In this document: positions 48,862 to 58,072 of the stretch, one piece after another
How the letters are laid out: the number at the start of each line of letters is the position of its first letter
How positions within the stretch are numbered: position 1 is the first letter of the stretch
Source: Gloeobacterales cyanobacterium
GTDB lineage: Bacteria; Cyanobacteriota; Cyanobacteriia; Gloeobacterales; PMM-0068
DNA: 64,000 bases
NCBI GenBank assembly: GCA_038245785.1
Contig: JBBRSB010000003.1
Location: 32,001 to 96,000 of the forward strand
Direction: 5' to 3'
The notes under the pieces: model-generated
What the model was told of the DNA's origin: nothing
Databases searched by the model: none
Seen by the model: only the letters and a program-made list of their open reading frames with translations
Position numbers and translations under genes: made by a program

Positions 48862-51210
48862 TTAGCTACTGGTTGTAAAAACAACATCAACCCAGTAATT
48901 GGTCGATTGGAACGTATCCGTTGGGAACGCTCTGCCGCCATACTTGTAAACTCCGTTACCACCACTATCACCATCCTTGAGCGCTCTGAGGGGTGGGTTT
49001 TCAGTGAACGTAGCGGCGAAATAGCCTTCGTCGCTCGAGTAATGTCCAACATCCGTATGATAGGACGCGACATAAATGACGTTCGCTGTGATCGGAACAG
49101 GAGTGGCAAAGTTAAGCTGCTGCCAACCGGAGGGGGTTTCATTGATAAAAGTTTCTGTGGCCAATTGCTGACCAGTACTTGTCCACAAAGTGCCGACATG
49201 CGTTCCTGTGTTCGCGCTGCCTTTGAAAAAGCGAATGCCTGTAATGAAACCATTAGTATTGGCTTGAAATCTGACACCCAGTTCAACAGCCTGATCGTCC
49301 GCCTCAGATAATACCTCTGGGGTAGCCGTAGCATCCCAGATGCTACAGGGGCAGGTGCGTGGCGTGACAGTGACTGAAATACCAGCTCCAACTGTTTCGA
49401 GATTGCCACTATCATCTACTGCACGGCTCTTAATGTTCACAGTACCGGTGGTTGTGGGTAGCCAACTGTAACCCCAACTCTCGCGACCGTTCGCCGGATG
49501 CCAGATCGTGCCACCATCAATCGAGACTTCAACGCCCCCTACCACACCGCCGCCTGTGTCGGCTGCAGTCCCTGTAATCAGGATGAGACTACCATTTTGA
49601 ACAGTTGCCCCATCAGTAGGTGACGTAATGGTTGAGGTTGGGGCCGTCGTATCGGTAGAAGCAGTCGCTGGGACTAGCCCCGCTGGGCCTGTTTGCAAGG
49701 TTTCAGGTTGAACTCCCATATCAGCCAGTAAATTGACCGTGGCCTGTTTCATCCGTCGATCTGACCCTGGGCCAACGCGATCGTGCTTTTCATCTAAGCC
49801 CCAAGACCATTGAATCGTCCCTGCTCCAAACACAAGGGCACCGCTACTATGTCTATACAACGTCAGATGGTGGGTGGCAGTGCCAGATGCATAGGTTCCA
49901 CCAAAATCTTGTAGGACGTCAACATTGCTTGCCACCGTTGTGGATAAGCGAATTAAACCAGGTGGACGAGATCCATTATCTGCATCTTCATCCCATTCAT
50001 ACCCCAATGTTCCATCAGGGAGTGTAATCGGGCTGCTGCCGGGGGTGAGATTGGCAATATCAGTATTGCGCCAGAAACGCATCTTGCCATCTGCCTCAGG
50101 AACGACGATTGCTTTCGTGCCCTCGTTCACTTTGAAGGAAGTGCCCGTTAAGGCATTTTCGGGGCGATTACAATCTGATGTTGTACTACAGCGGGGGTCG
50201 CGCCATGTACCTGTCCAAGTGGGTGGTTCCTGGGGATCTTTTGCATTAGGATCAACCCCATTTTTTTCAAAAGTCTGCTTGTAACAAACTAAGGTGCGGT
50301 AGGGCGTATTGGATGGATCCGTGCTGTTTTCCCATCGGGTCTTCCAGAAGATTTCATTACCACTGAAGAAAGCTAGGTTAACCCCAGCATCTCGAGCCGC
50401 CTCGACGTTAACCCGCTGCTGAGCTGACCAGTATTCATCATGACCGATCGATAGAAAAACCTTGTGGTTGAGGATGAGATTGCCCCGGCGATCGCTATCG
50501 ACTCCAGTAAAGTAGCTGACGTCATAGCCGTTTGCTTCCAACCAACGCACCATCGGGTATTCCGCGTTAAAAACCCAATCTTGACCACCATCAACTGCGC
50601 GAGTGTTGAATGGACGGTTGTAGCTCACTTTGTAGGCTCTCCCTGGGTTCACACCCGGTGCTCCCACATAAAGGCTAGTTTCTCCAAAATTACCGCCTAA
50701 TTTGTCGCCAAAGTTGTTGTAGGCTTGCCAAGTAGTATCTGACGCTTGAAACAAAATGTTCGATTGACTGGCATCATCGCGAACAATGAAAAAGATATGA
50801 CTCGCGCCTGCAGGACTGGTGCGAACAACTTTCGCAAAGTAGATGCCAGAGGTTGCATCTGCCGGAACGTCCCACGTCGCAGAAACGTCCCAATTACCGC
50901 AATCGATCAGGCCCGTAGTCGCGTTTCTCAAACACTTCGGTTGATTCTGAGGCTGCTGTCGGTTAACTGGAACCGTATCAACTTTGCGAGCACCTGCTCC
51001 ACCGTAATAGCCCATGCGATAGATATCGAGACGATAGCTGGTGGCAGGGGTTTTGATTTTGAAGGAAACAGTTTCCCCCCGATTGACGCTAATCTGAGTC
51101 GCGAAACCCTGGAGGTTATCATCTCCTGCACCTTGAATGTCCCATTCAGTTTCATCATTTCCCGGTTTAGCATTCTCGACAACAATCGGATTTTGGTTTG
51201 CCATAATCAC
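48862..51210 (-). CDS. N,N-dimethylformamidase-beta-like domain + Ig-like + DUF4082 protein
   Basis: TTWQAYN, VSYNRPF, GHDEYWS and GYEWD motifs; C-terminal VELGVRF...NYWVDVVF. Confidence 0.8.
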   Translation of the reverse strand: MIMANQNPIVVENAKPGNDETEWDIQGAGDDNLQGFATQISVNRGETVSFKIKTPATSYRLDIYRMGYYGGAGARKVDTVPVNRQQPQNQPKCLRNATTGLIDCGNWDVSATWDVPADATSGIYFAKVVRTSPAGASHIFFIVRDDASQSNILFQASDTTWQAYNNFGDKLGGNFGETSLYVGAPGVNPGRAYKVSYNRPFNTRAVDGGQDWVFNAEYPMVRWLEANGYDVSYFTGVDSDRRGNLILNHKVFLSIGHDEYWSAQQRVNVEAARDAGVNLAFFSGNEIFWKTRWENSTDPSNTPYRTLVCYKQTFEKNGVDPNAKDPQEPPTWTGTWRDPRCSTTSDCNRPENALTGTSFKVNEGTKAIVVPEADGKMRFWRNTDIANLTPGSSPITLPDGTLGYEWDEDADNGSRPPGLIRLSTTVASNVDVLQDFGGTYASGTATHHLTLYRHSSGALVFGAGTIQWSWGLDEKHDRVGPGSDRRMKQATVNLLADMGVQPETLQTGPAGLVPATASTDTTAPTSTITSPTDGATVQNGSLILITGTAADTGGGVVGGVEVSIDGGTIWHPANGRESWGYSWLPTTTGTVNIKSRAVDDSGNLETVGAGISVTVTPRTCPCSIWDATATPEVLSEADDQAVELGVRFQANTNGFITGIRFFKGSANTGTHVGTLWTSTGQQLATETFINETPSGWQQLNFATPVPITANVIYVASYHTDVGHYSSDEGYFAATFTENPPLRALKDGDSGGNGVYKYGGRAFPTDTFQSTNYWVDVVFTTSS

Positions 51211-51289
51211 TCATCTCCATCGTATGATTTAGCTGTTGCATATTCATCTTTGCTGTCCCTATGACATGGCCCAGACAACTATTCCACGT

Positions 51290-51310
51290 TTAATTCCGCC
51301 TATCTACTTA
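51290..51310. repeat. Short copy of the TAAGTAG repeat end, supplying the stop codon of the 51308 gene
   Basis: Reverse complement TAAGTAGATAGGCGGAATTAA matches 33726-33746 at 19/21. Confidence 0.75.
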
Positions 51311-54300
51311 TTGAAGTGTAAAGACCACATCAACCCAGTAGTTGCTCGATCGAAAAGGATCCATTGGGAACGCTCTGTTACCATACTTGTACACTCCGTT
51401 ACCATTGCTTGCACCATCTTGAAGTGCTTGTAAGGGTGGATTATTTACGCCTGCGGTTGCAAAGGCATCATTGTTAACAGAATAGAGTCCAACCTCGGTG
51501 TGATAAGACACAATCAATGTCGTGTTTGCCATGATCGGCACTGGGTTACTAAAACTAGCTTGCTGCCAACCGGAGGCGGTTTCATTCATGAATTTTACCG
51601 AGGCTAACTCCTCACCTGAACTATTCCATAAGGTTCCAATATGAGTACCTATATTATTGGCACCTTTAAAGAAGCGAATGCCTGTGATAAAACCATCTAC
51701 ATTGGATTGGAATTTGAGGCCCAGTTCGACCTCATTCGGATCGTTGACTTCTACTTGATCCGGAGTCGTTGAGTTGTTCCAGATACTACATGGACAGTTA
51801 GGTCCGCCAGCGGTTGTAAACGAGCCGTTGAAGTTTGCTTCTAGTGCATTACCAGATGGATCTTTAATGCGCGGATCAGTGGTGCCTCCTTTGACTTGAA
51901 ACGTGTAGGCCGTGGATGCAGTTAGGGTTGCATTGGGCTGTAACACCGCTGTGCGCGTCTCGGCATTATAGGAAAGCGTCGCAGCTACAACAGCGTTAGC
52001 TGGATCGCGTAACGTAAAAGTGCTGGCATTAACAGTGGATGGATCGATTGCCTCATTAAAGGTCACATTTACACTCGTATCAGCAGCGACGTTTGCCTCA
52101 CCGTTCGCAGGAACTGTTGAACTTACGGTTGGAGCAACTGTATCTTGACCGTAGGTTGCCACATAGGCTCCAGCAGTGGCTGGGAAGAAGGCATACTTGA
52201 TCCCTTTAATGGTTTCTTGGATATAGTCAACGTTGCTTCCATCTCGTGTAATGCCGTTGATCAGTGTGCCCGTTGTCGATTGTAGGGGCAGCATTGCCTG
52301 CAATCCAGTTGTATTGCTGCCTGGAGTAATCCTAAAACTCAAACTATTGCCATTCCAGGACAGCAAGCTAAATGAGGAATCCTGGCGACCATCGAGCCAG
52401 GTTAGCATTTGACGAGCGGAAACGACGGGCACCCCACGCGTTTTGGCAGATCCCACAACTGCGTCCGATTTTGACCGATCGCGATCGGTGTGTGCATTGA
52501 CGACAAAGGCACCATAATATCCTTCCGCGCCAATCGCTTTATCTAACAGAGTATCGATCGTAAATGGGTACACCTGCCCTGACTCATCTGTCATCTGCGT
52601 GGTCGCTTGGTAAACATCGATCGGAGTGCCATCAAGGTCTGCAAAGCGCATCACCATTCCACTGCCTGTGAAGAAACCTGGTTGTTTATCGACTCCTGGC
52701 TGTTTCTTATTCACCCAAGGACCGGGCCAGTAGTAATAGGTCGTATCAAGACGAATCCCGTTATTAAGCTCAGCTTTAGCCTGACTGACCCAATCGCTCC
52801 ATACAAGACAATGGCTTCGATTTGTAGTGGGTGCAGGGACACTAGGATAGTTATTGTGAAATTGTAGGAGTTGAGTGGTCAAGCTAGTTGTAATCGATTC
52901 AAGCGTGTAATTGGAACATTCGCGAGTTGTGGGCTGATCGGGGACAGTCGTGAGATGCAGCGCTACTTCAAAATTGTCAGATACGGCGTCGCCTGCGGTC
53001 TGATTATTGAAGCTCGTTGCACTGGTTTCAGGATAGACATAGGAGGTACTCCGTATACACTCCCATTTCTCCACAGAGCAGGAGGCAGGACTGGCGGTAC
53101 GATGTTCATTAAAGCGAGCAGCAGTGCCTCCTCTCGCGTGATCATCTCCTGTCAGGATTACAACTGCTTTCTTGCGATTTGGGAAATACCAGAAACGTGG
53201 AAGCGGCTTCTTCGCCAAGTTCATCTTCAAAATCAAGTTTGCCAACAAGCGCTGTTGTTCGTCTGCCTGGGGAATGGCAATTTTATCGGGGTTAACCCAA
53301 TCTTTGTTAGAAGCGAAAAGCGTATCGGGTGGACTACTTACATCAGCACAATTTGCTTTAGGTCCGCCGTAGTATGCATCGTCTGAGCGGATTGGTTCAC
53401 AACCATCGCGTTCTCGTGCTGTTTGCGGTTCCAGATTTGCCCACTGTGGATCTCCCTGGCGTGTGTAAACGATCGATTTCGCTAAGTCATAGGTAAATGC
53501 TGCCACCTGTCCCCCATTCGGACCAACACTGCGTAAGGTTAGCGCAGGATTCGCAGCACAGCTTCCTGCGTCTGCACTGGTGCACAGGGTTGCGAGACTA
53601 GCAGCACCATTCTTTAGCGTATAGGGATCAGCAGGACCATGAAACTGAATGGTTTCACCGACAATACCTTTACCCGGTTCTATCGAAGTATTGACCTGCA
53701 CATATTGATCCGAACGGGTTGTACCTGAAGCAATCAGTCCAATCAAATCAGTCAGCTGCTGGTTATTCTTGTCAGGACGCATGACAATGAGATTGCCACC
53801 TTGGTTGACCCAGTTGTTCAGCAAAGTGACCTTACTAGCATCCACAGGGGTCTCGCCCAAGAGCGTAATATCAGCACTATTGAGCGTTTGTTCTGAAACT
53901 AAATTAATATCCGTGACACTAAAGGCATTGAATCCTTCATTCCGCAAAATCTCGGCGTAGTACTTGCTGAAGGGATTTCCAGGATTTGTAATCACTAGGA
54001 TAGGACCTCCCGGTCCTAGATCAGGTAGCCGTTGAATAGCGTTCGCTGATATCCGGGGAGCTGCTGATCGACGACTCCTATCCGATGAGCTGGGTTGGGT
54101 GGGAACCTGAAGGCTTTGGCGGGGTTGACTCGTTGCCAAATCTCGCAAGATAATTTTCCCATCTCTACCTGCACTCGCAAACGCCTTTCCGTCTGGGCTA
54201 AAAGCAAGTGCGGTAATAGAATTCGGTTGTGCTCGTACGAGTTGTCTTTGTCTTTGGGCACCTGGGAGCGGTCGCCCCGTTCTTAAGTTCCACTGAATGA

Positions 54301-55141
54301 TTGAATTGTCGTCGCTTCCACTGATTAACGTCTTACCATCGGGGCTGAAAGCAACTGCTTTGATCGGACGGGGCTGACCACGAAGAATCTGCCGCTGTTG
54401 CCCAGTTGAGCTGTTCCATTGGATGAGGAGGCTGTCATCCCCCCCGCTGACAAGGGTTGTTCCGTCTGGACTGAACGCAAGTGCCCTGGCGGGTTGCGTG
54501 TGTCCCTGAAGTAATTGGCGCTGTTGTCCTGTTCCCACATCCCACAGCTGGACTGTGGCATCCCAGCTTCCGCTTGCTAATGTTTTTCCATCCGGACTAA
54601 AGGCAATGCCTACTACACCATTAGCGTGTCCTTTCAGAATCTGACGCTTCTTACCTGTTGCGACATCCCACACAATCACTTGATTATCATTACTTCCACT
54701 CGCTAGGAGTTTTCCATCAGCACTGAAGGCCACTTTATTGACGAAGTCTCTATGTCCTTCTAGAAACTGGCGTAGCTTACCAGATTTTGCATCCCACAAT
54801 CCGACCACTGTATCTAGTCCCGCACTCGCGATCGTGGTTCCATCAGGACTGAAGGCGACGGTGCTAATGGGATGTTCATGTCCCAAAAAAATCTGGCGTT
54901 GTTTCCCCGTTGGACGATCCCACAAGCGAATGACAGTATCGTTACCGACGCTGACTAAGGACTTCGTATCAGAGGAAAATGCGATCGAAGTAATTCGATT
55001 TGCTGAGGTTGAACTTTGGGGAGTCTGTTTTTGTGGAGTCTGTGCTGAGAGGATTGAGACTGGAAGCTTGATCAGCCCTGGCAGAAGAATTAGAAAGGCA
55101 ATGTAGCAAAAAAATGTAGCATATCTAAACAATCGGCTCAT
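51308..55141 (-). CDS. WD40-repeat + deacetylase-like + Ig-like (Big_5) + DUF4082 protein
   Basis: About 7 GH...AFSPDG..LASG..D...LWD repeats; LTGDDH and NRSH motifs; APTVSSTVP; NYWVDVVF; start uncertain (ORF open to 55189). Confidence 0.8.
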   Translation of the reverse strand: MSRLFRYATFFCYIAFLILLPGLIKLPVSILSAQTPQKQTPQSSTSANRITSIAFSSDTKSLVSVGNDTVIRLWDRPTGKQRQIFLGHEHPISTVAFSPDGTTIASAGLDTVVGLWDAKSGKLRQFLEGHRDFVNKVAFSADGKLLASGSNDNQVIVWDVATGKKRQILKGHANGVVGIAFSPDGKTLASGSWDATVQLWDVGTGQQRQLLQGHTQPARALAFSPDGTTLVSGGDDSLLIQWNSSTGQQRQILRGQPRPIKAVAFSPDGKTLISGSDDNSIIQWNLRTGRPLPGAQRQRQLVRAQPNSITALAFSPDGKAFASAGRDGKIILRDLATSQPRQSLQVPTQPSSSDRSRRSAAPRISANAIQRLPDLGPGGPILVITNPGNPFSKYYAEILRNEGFNAFSVTDINLVSEQTLNSADITLLGETPVDASKVTLLNNWVNQGGNLIVMRPDKNNQQLTDLIGLIASGTTRSDQYVQVNTSIEPGKGIVGETIQFHGPADPYTLKNGAASLATLCTSADAGSCAANPALTLRSVGPNGGQVAAFTYDLAKSIVYTRQGDPQWANLEPQTARERDGCEPIRSDDAYYGGPKANCADVSSPPDTLFASNKDWVNPDKIAIPQADEQQRLLANLILKMNLAKKPLPRFWYFPNRKKAVVILTGDDHARGGTAARFNEHRTASPASCSVEKWECIRSTSYVYPETSATSFNNQTAGDAVSDNFEVALHLTTVPDQPTTRECSNYTLESITTSLTTQLLQFHNNYPSVPAPTTNRSHCLVWSDWVSQAKAELNNGIRLDTTYYYWPGPWVNKKQPGVDKQPGFFTGSGMVMRFADLDGTPIDVYQATTQMTDESGQVYPFTIDTLLDKAIGAEGYYGAFVVNAHTDRDRSKSDAVVGSAKTRGVPVVSARQMLTWLDGRQDSSFSLLSWNGNSLSFRITPGSNTTGLQAMLPLQSTTGTLINGITRDGSNVDYIQETIKGIKYAFFPATAGAYVATYGQDTVAPTVSSTVPANGEANVAADTSVNVTFNEAIDPSTVNASTFTLRDPANAVVAATLSYNAETRTAVLQPNATLTASTAYTFQVKGGTTDPRIKDPSGNALEANFNGSFTTAGGPNCPCSIWNNSTTPDQVEVNDPNEVELGLKFQSNVDGFITGIRFFKGANNIGTHIGTLWNSSGEELASVKFMNETASGWQQASFSNPVPIMANTTLIVSYHTEVGLYSVNNDAFATAGVNNPPLQALQDGASNGNGVYKYGNRAFPMDPFRSSNYWVDVVFTLQ

Positions 55142-55741
55142 TGCAATCACATCCTTTACTGAATTCCTAAAATTTGATGAAATAACCAACTCGCCATGAC
55201 GGTTACAAGATATTGACGCACTGGAACATTGAACTACTTTCCCCTTCAGCAGCCAGGATTGGAATTTCCCTTCGATGTTTACTCAAACTGAAATTGATAT
55301 TGCAAACATACTCATAGTCATTTAAAAAAAGACAGAAAAGAGTGTGCTTTCCGGAATGCAGAGATCCTATTGAAGAGCTAAGTTTCTATATACTATTTAG
55401 ACATCTGGCTTAATGCACAAACATCTAAGGACAAATATACTTAGCAAAAATAGAATGTCAATTGGAAGATCTTTCGGTGAATTTTGTCAGCTCTTAGGTG
55501 ATTGTTGACTTCACTAAAATTTATTTATTTTGGTCGAAATATTAGATTTTATGTGGATAAATAGCAGCATCCGGTTGACAATGACTGCTGAGCAAGTCAT
55601 TAGCTGGTTAAAGTTCGGCTAAAGTTTCTATAGACACATCCTACAAACCCAGCCTGTAACCAACTTTGAATTTTCATGAAGACGCGGTTCCCTGACCGTG
55701 GGATACTGCGATCAAGACTTATTGAGAGCAGTATCCGCCCC

Positions 55742-56455
55742 ATGCGTTCTTTCGTTTATCACACTCCTGAGTTAGTACCGTCCGAGCCGATGCCGGATTG
55801 TGCGGTGGTCATTGATGTACTCAGGGCTACTACTACCATCGCCGCCGCCTTAGCGAATGGGGCAGAAGCAGTCCAAACTTTTGCAGACTTGCAAGAACTG
55901 AATCAGGTGAGTGAGCACTGGCCTGCGGATCAGCGTATCCGCTGTGGCGAACGGGGTGGAAAACAGGTAGATGGATTTGATATCGGTAATTCTCCCTTTG
56001 AGTTCACGCCCGAAGTGGTGGCGGGAAAGCGAATTTTTATGAGTACTACCAATGGGACGCGCTCTTTGAGTCGGGTTGAGAAAAGCCCCGTACTTGTAAC
56101 CGCTTCTTTCTCTAACATTAGTAGTGTCAAGAAGTTTTTATATGAACGCGCCTTTGAGACCGTCTGGTTTGTCGGTTCCGGTTGGGAGGGCAGTTTTTCT
56201 CTAGAAGACACCGTATGCGCGGGGGCTTTGGTGCATCTTCTGGACAGCGACTTTGGTAATGACGAAGCAGTGGCAGCAGCAGCCCTATACCGAGTTTGGG
56301 CGGATAACCTGGTAGGACTTTTTGAACTAGCCAGCCACGGAAAACGGTTATTGAATTTGGACAAACGTAAAGACCTGGCCTACTGTGCCGAATTCGATAC
56401 GGTAGATGTCTTGCCGATTCAGATCAGCCCCGGTGTACTGGCCCTTGCGAAGTAG
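55742..56455 (+). CDS. comB: 2-phosphosulfolactate phosphatase family protein
   Basis: VIDVLRATTT, GERGG, GNSP, TTNGT and SLED..CAG motifs. Confidence 0.92.
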   Translation: MRSFVYHTPELVPSEPMPDCAVVIDVLRATTTIAAALANGAEAVQTFADLQELNQVSEHWPADQRIRCGERGGKQVDGFDIGNSPFEFTPEVVAGKRIFMSTTNGTRSLSRVEKSPVLVTASFSNISSVKKFLYERAFETVWFVGSGWEGSFSLEDTVCAGALVHLLDSDFGNDEAVAAAALYRVWADNLVGLFELASHGKRLLNLDKRKDLAYCAEFDTVDVLPIQISPGVLALAK

Positions 56456-57022
56456 TCTAGGCCTAAGGTCGCCCTGAGATATTCATAGAAACTCAGAAAA
56501 TACACATATCTTGCTTAGGAAAAGATAGGAAGCAATTTTATGCAAATTTGCTTGTCTTTGCTCAGCTCCTTCTCTGTTTACATTGCGTAATTCTTTACCA
56601 TACGCCAGGGAAATTTATATGAAATCATCTTACAAACATAATAAACAGAGCATATAAAAGGGGAATTTACAGTAATCTCATTAGGAATTTATCAAAAGTT
56701 CATAATGAGACCAATTCGTCTTCGCTACAATTTTGCCCAGTAGTCTCAGTGTAAATACTTATTTATGTAACAAAAAGCACATTTAGTGACGGTATGTACG
56801 TAATAGTACGTAGACATTGCAGTAGGGCCGCCTGCTGAATGCAACAAAAAGTAATCCCCAGCAATAAATTTCGGAAAGAGTGAGCGGGCCTTGCAGGTTT
56901 TTAAATCGCGGCCTCTCCTCCAATAGCCCTTTGGCTGTTTAAAGCAAAGAAGGGCCGTAGTCCAGAGATGGTGTGTCCAAACAACGTGAAAGTTGCCCAT
57001 GCTACAGGAGTTGAACAAGTCC

Positions 57023-58015
57023 ATGCTCTTTCAAAAGCGCTCTTCGACCGCACATATCGGCCTATCCATGGGGCTTCTAGGCACCGCTTTTATCCTCTCA
57101 ACGGCACAGGTCTCAGCTAATACGCTGAGTGCTTTCGACCGCATTTCGGTTGCTGTTATCAATGGAGAGGAATTCAGCTCGGCAAGAGGAGCTGTGGATG
57201 AAGGGTTTCTCATTGGAGAGGATGGTCAGGTTTTTATCCCTCAGTTGGGCAAGATGCGAGCCGCTGGGCGGGAAGAGTCAGAACTCCAGTCGGATCTTGT
57301 CGATCGCTTGCGGGAGTATATCAGAGTGCCCAGCGTGTCGGTACGTCTAGTCTCTGTCAGTCCTGTGTCTATTGATGTGAGTGGTGCGGTGTACCGACCG
57401 GGGACGGTCACCCTTCTACCGGATGCAGCCACCCAAGCCAGTATTAAAGATGTAGGAGTTTTGCGCACCGCTTTCAATGCGATTAGAAAAGCAGGCGGGG
57501 TCCGTCCAGATGCAAACCTGGCAGGTATCGAGATTGAGCATGAAGGTAAGCGAAAAACACTTGCGCTAGGCCAGGATACTTCTGTAATCACGGGGGACCG
57601 GATTATTATCTCCAGCTTGGGAACAGCACAAATGGATGCCAATAATGTGCCATCGCAACTAGCACCTAGCGAAATCAGCGTCTACGTCTCGGGGCAAGAT
57701 TTGCCCCCTGCTGCCATTGGTGCTGTAAAAGTCAAACCGGGCACTCCTTTATCTGGAGCCTTGACTGCTGCAGGAGCGACCGGACAAAGCTTTTTGCGTA
57801 GTGACCGAGAAGTGGTACTTATCCGTGGCAATCCAACCACGGGCAAACGAGACCTAATGTCCTACAGACTCGACAAAATAGTGACCGGGGAGACGGACCC
57901 AAAGCTACTACAGGATGACAGCATTCTAGTTAATGCGGGTTCTACAGCCAATACGGCTAGTTTTTTGGGCTTTCTTGAGCCTCTTTTCAATCCGCTCAAG
58001 CTTTTACTCCGCTAA
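57023..58015 (+). CDS. wza: Polysaccharide export protein (Poly_export + SLBB)
   Basis: IGEDGQVFIPQLG and VSGAVYRPG motifs; first gene of the export operon. Confidence 0.85.
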   Translation: MLFQKRSSTAHIGLSMGLLGTAFILSTAQVSANTLSAFDRISVAVINGEEFSSARGAVDEGFLIGEDGQVFIPQLGKMRAAGREESELQSDLVDRLREYIRVPSVSVRLVSVSPVSIDVSGAVYRPGTVTLLPDAATQASIKDVGVLRTAFNAIRKAGGVRPDANLAGIEIEHEGKRKTLALGQDTSVITGDRIIISSLGTAQMDANNVPSQLAPSEISVYVSGQDLPPAAIGAVKVKPGTPLSGALTAAGATGQSFLRSDREVVLIRGNPTTGKRDLMSYRLDKIVTGETDPKLLQDDSILVNAGSTANTASFLGFLEPLFNPLKLLLR

Positions 58016-58072
58016 CTTCAGCACCCATTTCTGCATCAACTGTAATCAACTGTTCATGGAGTACCAAAGTTT

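Noticed and set aside
56796..56809. GTA-N8-TAC NtcA-like site upstream of wza
   Set aside because: No -10 box at the expected spacing; explained by the tandem TACGTA
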